DNA from: Promethearchaeota archaeon
GTDB taxonomy: Archaea; Asgardarchaeota; Lokiarchaeia; Sigyniarchaeales; SOKP01
Length of the DNA stretch: 32,000 nucleotides
NCBI GenBank assembly: GCA_030606485.1
Contig: JAUWGH010000001.1
Coordinates: 660,001 to 692,000 of the forward strand
Direction of reading: 5' to 3'
Shown here in pieces: positions 24,418 through 32,000 of the stretch. Positions within the stretch are counted from its first letter, which is position 1. Each line of letters begins with the position of its first letter. The notes below the pieces were generated by a model. It was not told where the DNA came from, searched no databases, and saw only the letters and a list, made by a program, of their open reading frames with translations. The translations under genes and the position numbers were made by a program.

Positions 24418-25650
24418 ATGTATTGTTCAAATTGTGGAAAACAGATATCTGATGATGTAAAATTTTGTACCGAATGTGGTGCTGATATTAAGACAGGAAT
24501 AATACCCATAAAAGCAAAATCTGTCGCTCCAACCCCATATCAGGCTCGAAGTCATACAGGGAGAAATATAGCAATAATCATCATACTTGTAACCATTCTT
24601 ATTATGGTGCCTGTTACTATTTTTGTAATTGTTCCTAATGCAACATGGGGGAAATATGAAGAATCTTTTGATTACTATTATACGCCAGCATCTCCATCGG
24701 GTTTAGAGTCAATGGACTTCAATCTCGATATAGGTGAGATGATTATTAAATACAATCAAACACCCACCCCACATGTTGCAAAAATTGATGTTGATTTCGA
24801 TATTGAAGGTCCATTTGTAGCTGATAAAACTTATACAGATTATTTTAAGCCAATTTCTTGGGTAAATAATAGCACCCCCATAACATTTACTTTAGAGTCT
24901 AAACCAGACGCTTGGATTTTTCCTATAAATTGGTTCTCTTTTCATGATATTATTACTGTGACCGTAACTCTTAGAACAGATGTCATTTACGAGATCAATG
25001 CAACAACTACTACTGGAGGTGTAGAAATGACAGTTCCAAGCGGTGTTACTCTTGGAAATCTCCAACTTATATCTACTACGGGTGGTGTTTCCCTATCTAC
25101 GGCGAAAAATTCTATTTTCCAAGGAGATTTAATAGCTCAAACAACAACAGGTGGAGTTTCGATATTAGCAAATGGCGCAAATTTTAATGCGAGTGTAAAT
25201 GGACAAACTACTACGGGGGGTCTTGCAATGAATTTTACCAATTGTATTTTTGGAGGAAATATATTGGGGGATGTCACTACAGGTGGAATAGATTTTAAAA
25301 TCTATAATCCAGAATTTACACAAGCCAGTCAATGGACCCTTACTTCTACAACAGGTAGTATTGATATTGAGATTTACCAATATAACCCAATAGGTGCAAA
25401 TATAACTGGGTATGTAACAGTAACTACTGGTGGCATTGACTTACTTTATGAGGATAATCAGGCTTCAGTTGGTGCTAGATTTATTGGAACAACTACTACT
25501 GGAGGAGTTGATCTCGCAAATCTTGGAGGATTTACTCAAATTGGCAATGAAATATTAGAATCCAATGATTATGACACTGCCAATTATAAATATACTTTTG
25601 ATTTGCATACAACCACCGGCGGTATTGAAATTAATGCCCAAAGTGCTTAA
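24418..25650 (+). CDS. Zinc-ribbon + TM + DUF4097-like beta-strand repeat membrane protein
   Basis: YCSNCG...FCTECG, one TM helix, then nine TT(T)GG(V/I/L)-type repeats. Confidence 0.8.
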   Translation: MYCSNCGKQISDDVKFCTECGADIKTGIIPIKAKSVAPTPYQARSHTGRNIAIIIILVTILIMVPVTIFVIVPNATWGKYEESFDYYYTPASPSGLESMDFNLDIGEMIIKYNQTPTPHVAKIDVDFDIEGPFVADKTYTDYFKPISWVNNSTPITFTLESKPDAWIFPINWFSFHDIITVTVTLRTDVIYEINATTTTGGVEMTVPSGVTLGNLQLISTTGGVSLSTAKNSIFQGDLIAQTTTGGVSILANGANFNASVNGQTTTGGLAMNFTNCIFGGNILGDVTTGGIDFKIYNPEFTQASQWTLTSTTGSIDIEIYQYNPIGANITGYVTVTTGGIDLLYEDNQASVGARFIGTTTTGGVDLANLGGFTQIGNEILESNDYDTANYKYTFDLHTTTGGIEINAQSA

Positions 25651-25668
25651 ATAATAATTTTTAATTTC

Positions 25669-25689
25669 TTTTTTTTTTTGATTTTTTTT
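25669..25689 (+). terminator. Putative oligo(T) terminator
   Basis: T11 and T8 runs just after the stop at 25650. Confidence 0.45.
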
Positions 25690-25782
25690 CTTTTAGTAAA
25701 TGTTATCAAGATTTTTTAATTTAAAAAGCTAAACTACAAATTTCCTTATTTATTTTCTATAGTATTTAAGGTATTCAATCAT

Positions 25783-26820
25783 TTGGTTCAAAGTCTTCAT
25801 ATGTATAAGTCTGAATTTAGTAAAATTGAAGGGGTTTATCGATTTAAAATAGATGTTCCATTTGAGGTTAAATTTGTGTGTATATATCTATTAAAAATTG
25901 ATGATAAGAATGTTCTGATTGATGCAGGTTTAAATTTAGGGGATTGGAGTAAGGTTTTTTTTTCTGTATTAAATGATGCAAAATTAAATATCAAAGATAT
26001 CGATTATTGTATTATTTCACATGCCCATTTAGACCATGTTGGCTTATTAAAAAAATTTAAACGTAAAAATCCTAATCTGCAGATATTAATGCATGATATT
26101 ACTAATGAAATACTTAAGTGGAGCACTGATCCTGAAAACTTTAAAGAGATTGAAATTTCAGCAGAGAAAATGGCTCAAGAGATGATAAAATATGGAATTA
26201 GTGATAAACAGGGAAAAAGAATAAGTCAATTTTTTACTTCTTGGCCAAAAATGATAAGATATCAAAAACCAGACATGCTTTTACACGATGGTGATGAAAT
26301 CACTTTTGGGACTAATAAATTAAAAATTATTTGGACCCCAGGGCATAGTTTTGGACATATTTGCGTTTTTGATCAAAACAAACAGCATCTCTTCTCAGGT
26401 GATCACATTCTTTCGGAAATAACCCCACATATCGGAGTTTTCAATATATCTCCTGCTCTTAAAGATAAATATAATTTCAATAATATTTTAGGAAATTATT
26501 TGGAATCATTAGATCGTATTGATAAATTAAACCCTAAAATTATTTTTCCTGGACATCAAAAAATTATTTATAACCCTCATCGACGTATTCTGGATATTAA
26601 AGAACATCACAAAAACCGGCTGAAAGAAATTTTTGACCTAATTGTAGATAAACCATTAACACCGCATAGGATTTCACAAATTCATTTTGGAGAAGATTTA
26701 GATGAGATGAATGGATTTTTAGCGTTAAATGAAGTATTAAGTCATTTGATTTATTTAGAACATCAAGATAGAGTTAAAAAAATCGAAAAGAATGATAAAA
26801 TTTTATTTATAGCCAATTAA
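25783..26820 (+). CDS. MBL-fold metallo-hydrolase
   Basis: SHAHLDHVG, TPGHS.GH, FSGDH, PGH motifs; start may instead be the ATG at 25801. Confidence 0.92.
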   Translation: MVQSLHMYKSEFSKIEGVYRFKIDVPFEVKFVCIYLLKIDDKNVLIDAGLNLGDWSKVFFSVLNDAKLNIKDIDYCIISHAHLDHVGLLKKFKRKNPNLQILMHDITNEILKWSTDPENFKEIEISAEKMAQEMIKYGISDKQGKRISQFFTSWPKMIRYQKPDMLLHDGDEITFGTNKLKIIWTPGHSFGHICVFDQNKQHLFSGDHILSEITPHIGVFNISPALKDKYNFNNILGNYLESLDRIDKLNPKIIFPGHQKIIYNPHRRILDIKEHHKNRLKEIFDLIVDKPLTPHRISQIHFGEDLDEMNGFLALNEVLSHLIYLEHQDRVKKIEKNDKILFIAN

Positions 26821-26858
26821 TATGCAAGATTCAATATTAATTAACTAAATTATATCTA

Positions 26859-27602
26859 TTATTTTGAGCAAATACATTTTTCATGTTTTTGAACAGGAAT
26901 TTTATCAAAAGACATATTAAGTAAATTTACCATTAATAAATTATTTTCTAGAGTTTCTCCAATATTTAACAACGATTTAATTACCTCTACTGCTTCTAAA
27001 GTGCCCAATATTCCTGGAGTCACACCTATAATAGGTAAAGGGGACTCTTTTTTAGGTTGCTTTTCAGGTTCACCATAAAAAACACACCGATAACAAGCAG
27101 ATTTTTTTGGATTAATTGTTATCATTTGTCCATAAAAATCTTTAACACCAGCAATTGTGCATTTCACATTATTTCTTATGGCAGCATCATTAACCATAAA
27201 TTTAGTTTTAGCATTATCACTACAATCTACAATATAATCTTTATTCTTGATTAAATCATCAATTGATTTATCATCTACACACATCTTTTTAATAATAATC
27301 TTAGAGTCAGGATTTATATAATTCAATCTTTCCTTGGCAACCTCAACTTTCACGCGATTTAATGAACTTGAATCATATAGGATTTGTCTTTGTAAATTTG
27401 ATAAATCAACTGTATCATTATCAATTATAGTTAATTCCCCTATTCCTGCTGCAACTAAATACATTGCAAATGAAGAGCCTAAACCTCCAGCTCCTATTTG
27501 CAGTACTTTTGACTTTAATAATTTTTCTTGTCCTTTTTCTCCAATTTCTGGGCTAATTAACTGCCTTGCATATCTTAATTTTTGTTCTTCAGATAATGGC
27601 AT
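26859..27602 (-). CDS. HesA/MoeB/ThiF family E1-like adenylyltransferase
   Basis: RYARQ, GAGGLGS, D.DTVDLSNLQRQ, CYRC. Confidence 0.93.
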   Translation of the reverse strand: MPLSEEQKLRYARQLISPEIGEKGQEKLLKSKVLQIGAGGLGSSFAMYLVAAGIGELTIIDNDTVDLSNLQRQILYDSSSLNRVKVEVAKERLNYINPDSKIIIKKMCVDDKSIDDLIKNKDYIVDCSDNAKTKFMVNDAAIRNNVKCTIAGVKDFYGQMITINPKKSACYRCVFYGEPEKQPKKESPLPIIGVTPGILGTLEAVEVIKSLLNIGETLENNLLMVNLLNMSFDKIPVQKHEKCICSK

Positions 27603-27718
27603 AATTTTACTACTCCTATCTTTTCTTTATTAAATATGGTTGTTTTAAAAAGATCAATATTATTGATTTAAACATTGTGATTAAAATTTATTAATTTGCT
27701 AAAAATAAAAATGATAAT

Positions 27719-28417
27719 ATGGATATTTTAAAATTTTCAGAAGATTTAGTGAATAGTGATATAAAATTATCTTTAAGTTATATTATTTTTAATGATATAC
27801 CGGTTAAAATGGAGCATTCTCAAAAATTAGATAATTATATATCTGAAATTTCAAAAAAAGTTAAGGATAGTTACACTCTTGAAACAATTAAAGATAATGA
27901 GATTATTCGAAAATATCGAGATTTTAATTGGCATTATCTAAAAATTGACCCAACGAAGATTAGACCATCTGCTGAGGCATTGATAAGAAGAATTTTGAGA
28001 GATAAGAAAATTCCTCAGATCTCTAACATTGTTGATGTGTATAATTGGGTTTCAATAGAAACGTTGATTCCCATAGGTGCCTATGATTTTGATGTTTTAA
28101 AATATCCGATTATTGTGAGATATTCTAAAGAAAATGAACAGTTTGTGCAATTAGGGGGTAAAGTAATCTTATTAAAAGGAAAAGAGATTATTCTTGTAGA
28201 TGCTTCAAATAGAGTAATTTTCCAATATCCTTATAGAGATGCAGATTTCAGTAAAGTAACAAACAAAACAAAAAATCTATTACTAATTTCTTATGGTGTA
28301 CCAGGAATATCAATAGAATTATTAGAGAATTCTTTAAAGAAATTTAATTACGTGCTTGAAATAATTTCCGATACCCAATTTTCTAGTTCAGAAATAAAAA
28401 AAATAAAAAATTATTAA
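27719..28417 (+). CDS. B3/B4 domain protein (PheRS beta editing-domain-like)
   Basis: YRDF...IDPTK.RPSAEALIRR, NIVDVYN..S......GAYD motifs. Confidence 0.88.
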   Translation: MDILKFSEDLVNSDIKLSLSYIIFNDIPVKMEHSQKLDNYISEISKKVKDSYTLETIKDNEIIRKYRDFNWHYLKIDPTKIRPSAEALIRRILRDKKIPQISNIVDVYNWVSIETLIPIGAYDFDVLKYPIIVRYSKENEQFVQLGGKVILLKGKEIILVDASNRVIFQYPYRDADFSKVTNKTKNLLLISYGVPGISIELLENSLKKFNYVLEIISDTQFSSSEIKKIKNY

Positions 28418-28477
28418 AAAAAAGTTAAGTATAACCATAAATTTAGAAAAAAAAGATTAATTTATTTAAATTAATAA

Positions 28478-28693
28478 TTATTTATTTGAAAATCCTAAAA
28501 TAGTATCACAATGTGGGCAAGTAAACATTTTTATTAGGTAAATTCTATTATTCTTGAATTGTTTTTCCGTCAATCCTGGAGAAAATTCTTCTCCGGAGAA
28601 ATCATATGATGGATATTTGAATGTACCAGTTTCAATATTCTGAAAAAAATCTTTAAGATGAACTTCTTTCTTGCAATATGGACATTTTCCCAT
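28478..28693 (-). CDS. Small CPxC zinc-finger protein
   Basis: CPYC near the N-terminus and CPHC near the C-terminus; sits alone in an intergenic gap. Confidence 0.7.
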   Translation of the reverse strand: MGKCPYCKKEVHLKDFFQNIETGTFKYPSYDFSGEEFSPGLTEKQFKNNRIYLIKMFTCPHCDTILGFSNK

Positions 28694-28969
28694 AGATTTT
28701 TCACTTTATTTTTCATTTTTTATCGGAATTAATATGATATCAATAAAAAATTGAGTATTTATATCCATCTGGGTTATTTTTAGTCATTTGTAGAAAAAGA
28801 TAATATATGAAAATATTTTTTTTTAAAGGTTATACCCACTTTTTTTATAAAAAAATTGATATATTACTCAGTCTTCTTTTTTAATTTACTTATTAGCATC
28901 AATATTAAAGCTATTACCAAGAAAAACTTTTAGAAATAAAAAAAAAGAGCATAGATTTCATCCATTTTC

Positions 28970-30454
28970 TTAATTATTTTCTCTCCTAATTAGATAATTT
29001 AAAAGAATAACAGAAACCAAACAGAGAGTATTAATTGTAATCCATAAACTATAATATAAATCGACAGGTAAATACCAGAGAGGTTGAGTTAAATTAGCAA
29101 ATTTATGGGGCTCATTGGTTTTAACATAATTAACACCTAAGCACCAAAGTTGGGAATAAAGTTCTATGAAATCAACAGTATATGCAACCACCGAAATATT
29201 TGCTTCCGAATACTCTTTAAATTGTGTATTACTCAAACTATAATGAGTGTTAATTACATTATAATCCGATGTTAAAAACTCATCAACAGAACAAGCACTC
29301 CTCATTTTTGTTATATTATGGGCTTTATCTTCTATCACGTTAAATAATTCATCACCAGCGGATATCCAAATCTTATCCTCAATTCCAGCAGCGACAATTA
29401 GGTCTATACAAATATTGTAAAATTGTGAACGATATGGATGACTTTCGGGAGGTCTAATAAGTTCACAATCAAAAATAAGATTGTTATCTCTAGTAAAATT
29501 TAAAGCTTCTTCAAATGTTGGAATTTTTATCCCTCGATACACTTCCGCTTGACTGGGAGTGATAAGACCTTTAGTTATAGCATAATAAGGATCTTTATCA
29601 ACAAACCATGATCCTGCATCAAGTTGTTCAAGTTCAGAAAAAGTAAAATTGCTTGCTCTTAAATCTGCACGGTCAGAAAAAACTATTTCAACATTAGTTG
29701 TACGCTTGAGTGTAGAATCGTGCATTAAAAATGGTACACCATCGTAGCTGATTCGAATATCAGATTCCCATCCAATACACTCATAATCGACGGCAACTTC
29801 TATGGCTTTAATTGTATTTTCTGGGGCAAGATGTGAAGCCCCACGATGAGCAACGATACCAGGTTTAGGAGGTAAAGGTCCTTCAATAATATTTGCAGGC
29901 ACATATAAAAAGGGCAGACTAAAGATAAATCCATAAGCCGTGATAAAACAACTTAAAATCAAAATAGATTTAGGTTGTCTTATTGAGGTCTTTATTATTG
30001 CAAGAATAGGGTCTGCAATAATTGCTATGCTAATAGCACCTCCAATAAAAATTAATATATTTATATTTTCAAAAAGATGAGATACTATTGCCGCTTCCTC
30101 ACCGAATAGATTTAACATTATAAATAAAAGTGCATTGAAAATAATAATAAGAATTATTGCAATAATTTTATGTACTATATGAGGATCAATTCGATTAATT
30201 GTAAAAATATTTTTAAGATTGATTGTTAATAAAACAGCAGAATATATTAGTGGAATTCCAATGATAATCAAAAAAATTAGAATATAATTTGCTTTGGATT
30301 CTATGAAATCTCCAAGATATTCATTAAATTCTGGCCAAAGCGGTTCTATCGCAATAAGAATCATTTCAAAAATAAATAAACTAATAAAAGCAATTATGAA
30401 TACTAGAAGCCATCTTTTACCTTGTTTTCTATAAATTGATTCATACCAACGCAT
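28970..30454 (-). CDS. Six-TM glycerophosphodiester phosphodiesterase, GDE2/GDE3/GDE6-like
   Basis: Five N-terminal TMs, AHRG / PENT / ESD / DGVPFLMHD catalytic motifs, one C-terminal TM. Confidence 0.9.
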   Translation of the reverse strand: MRWYESIYRKQGKRWLLVFIIAFISLFIFEMILIAIEPLWPEFNEYLGDFIESKANYILIFLIIIGIPLIYSAVLLTINLKNIFTINRIDPHIVHKIIAIILIIIFNALLFIMLNLFGEEAAIVSHLFENINILIFIGGAISIAIIADPILAIIKTSIRQPKSILILSCFITAYGFIFSLPFLYVPANIIEGPLPPKPGIVAHRGASHLAPENTIKAIEVAVDYECIGWESDIRISYDGVPFLMHDSTLKRTTNVEIVFSDRADLRASNFTFSELEQLDAGSWFVDKDPYYAITKGLITPSQAEVYRGIKIPTFEEALNFTRDNNLIFDCELIRPPESHPYRSQFYNICIDLIVAAGIEDKIWISAGDELFNVIEDKAHNITKMRSACSVDEFLTSDYNVINTHYSLSNTQFKEYSEANISVVAYTVDFIELYSQLWCLGVNYVKTNEPHKFANLTQPLWYLPVDLYYSLWITINTLCLVSVILLNYLIRRENN

Positions 30455-30490
30455 AATAACTAAATATTTACATCAATAATTAATAAAAAT

Positions 30491-31999
30491 TTAGTTATGA
30501 CTATTCGATTTTCTCATTTTTTTGTGTTTTAAAACTTGACCATTTAGAACGCCTAAATGTTCTCCTTTTGCAACAGTGATTTTACCGTTTACAATGACAT
30601 AATCAATACCCTCCGGATATTGACGACCATTTTCATATGTCGAATTATCTCTAATTGTTTGAGGGTCAAAAATAACTAAATCGGCTTTATAATTTTGTTT
30701 GATTATTCCTCTATCTCTAAGTCTTAAAATGCTTGCGGGTAAAGAAGTCATTTTTCGAATAGCTTCTTCTAAAGATACAATTTGCTTCTCTCTAACATAT
30801 CTTGATAAAATTCTAGGAAAAGTACCATAAGAACGGGGATGAGTATTTCCCTCAATAACCAAAAATCCATCAGAGCCTACACAAACAAAATCTTGTTTAA
30901 ATAATGATAAAATACTTTTCTCCTCACTCATCTGCCTTATGGAAATCATTATGGAGCCTTCTTCATCTCTAATGAAATCTAATACAGCATCGTAAAATGA
31001 TCTTTTTGGATAAAGATTTTTTAATGCCTCGCCTAAAAATTTTCCTTCAATATGATGGTTTTTTAAAACACTAATTATTCTTATGTCTTTCTTGAAAGAG
31101 GAAAAAATTAGTTGTTTCATTAAGAATTTTGGAATAATCCGAATAATGAAAGGAAGATCTGATAAAAAAGTCGAGAATATCAAATCTAGGATTTCTGTAA
31201 CAATTTTTTTCCTTGCTTCTGAATTGGTTAAATTTTGTTCAAAATCATCATAAACCCAAGGGTTAAGTAAAATGCCTGATAAGCTGGTTGACGATTCTTC
31301 ATATGGATATAAATCCGCATGAAGAAAAATTCCTTGCTCCTCCTTAACATTTTTAATTAGATTTATGATATCAGGAGTGTATTTCCAAGCAAATTTACTT
31401 ACAGTTTTTAAATGAGAAATATGGACGCGAACATTCGAATTTTTGGCAATCTCTATAACCTCTCTAATTCCTTGTTCTATTATCCTTGTTCCTTCATTTC
31501 TCATATGTGTATCATATAAACCTCCATAATTATTTACAACCTTACAAAGTTCAATAATTTCATATGTTGAAGTGATTGAACCCGGAGGATAAACCAATCC
31601 CGTAGATAAACCAAAGGCGCCTATTTCCATTTCCTTTTTTACTATTTCTTTCATTTCCTCAAGTTCTTCTGAGGTCGCTGAACGATCTTCCAATCCTAAA
31701 ATGCAAACTCTTACATTTCCATGAGGTATAAAAAAAACAAGATTCGTTGAAACGCCTTTTTTCTTGAGTGCTTCCATATAATCTTGAAGGGAATCATATA
31801 ATTGTGATACTGATGAACCAAAAGCCTTAGTTATAAAGTTAGAATAATATTTTCGAACTTTTTCATTTGCGGGTGCTCGCCCAATTCCACACATCCCTAC
31901 TACAAGTGTTGTAACACCCTGCATTATGGCGGCTTCTGCTTTATTTACTTCTAATATAGTTAAATCAGCATGAGAATGCATGTCAATAAATCCAGGTGC
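30491..31999 (-). CDS. N-acyl-D-amino-acid deacylase (D-aminoacylase, amidohydrolase), 5'-truncated by window
   Basis: Frame is open to the window edge (APGFIDMHSHAD); QGVTT, GLVYPPG, THMRNE, HISHLK, HPRSYGTFPR, EEAIRKMTS. Confidence 0.93.
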   Translation of the reverse strand, partial: APGFIDMHSHADLTILEVNKAEAAIMQGVTTLVVGMCGIGRAPANEKVRKYYSNFITKAFGSSVSQLYDSLQDYMEALKKKGVSTNLVFFIPHGNVRVCILGLEDRSATSEELEEMKEIVKKEMEIGAFGLSTGLVYPPGSITSTYEIIELCKVVNNYGGLYDTHMRNEGTRIIEQGIREVIEIAKNSNVRVHISHLKTVSKFAWKYTPDIINLIKNVKEEQGIFLHADLYPYEESSTSLSGILLNPWVYDDFEQNLTNSEARKKIVTEILDLIFSTFLSDLPFIIRIIPKFLMKQLIFSSFKKDIRIISVLKNHHIEGKFLGEALKNLYPKRSFYDAVLDFIRDEEGSIMISIRQMSEEKSILSLFKQDFVCVGSDGFLVIEGNTHPRSYGTFPRILSRYVREKQIVSLEEAIRKMTSLPASILRLRDRGIIKQNYKADLVIFDPQTIRDNSTYENGRQYPEGIDYVIVNGKITVAKGEHLGVLNGQVLKHKKMRKSNSHN

Positions 32000-32000
32000 A

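Noticed and set aside
221-27633. Remaining short overlapping ORFs in the track (e.g. 221..436, 868..1101, 2329..2544, 8839..9147, 19746..20060, 27334..27633)
   Set aside because: They overlap well-supported genes on the opposite strand or in another frame and show no motifs.
1-32000. CRISPR array, tRNA/rRNA genes, IS elements/transposases
   Set aside because: All repeats are in-frame coding units without unique spacers; intergenic regions are very AT-rich with no cloverleaf or T-loop motifs; no transposase ORF or target-site duplication seen.

Overview
AT-rich archaeal chromosomal window, most likely from a Lokiarchaeia (Asgard/Promethearchaeota) genome. Support for this: the Lsm-rpl37e pair, PINA ATPase, tRNA splicing endonuclease, an IPGY-type Loki-CTERM sorting signal, and SBBP and PCI-domain proteins. 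About 28 CDSs; no RNA genes, CRISPR arrays or mobile elements were recognised. Layout: (1) 1-8.5 kb, a sirtuin and a divergent cluster of two CrtI/RetSat-family flavoenzymes, two GPH-family MFS transporters and an FAD/2Fe-2S reductase; (2) 8.5-11.5 kb, PINA, EndA-like and hydrogenase protease genes; (3) 11.6-19.1 kb, a surface-protein island with a decayed and a frameshift-split copy of a receptor-like SBBP propeller-TM-PCI gene, and a 954-aa propeller + 5x Ig-like + Loki-CTERM protein; (4) 19.7-32 kb, a 2-hydroxyacyl-CoA dehydratase/BCR-like pair, Lsm-L37e, housekeeping enzymes, a GDPD and a D-aminoacylase. Best leads: a six-TM glycerophosphodiesterase with the architecture and motifs of animal GDE2/3/6 GPI-cleaving enzymes (candidate eukaryotic signature protein); two 7-blade propellers whose DNA scaffold is homogenised while a few loop codons are hypervariable; a receptor-like propeller-TM-PCI gene that can be reconstructed from two differently broken copies; and a SIRT6/7-like sirtuin. 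All homology calls come from motif recognition and remembered reference sequences, not database searches.
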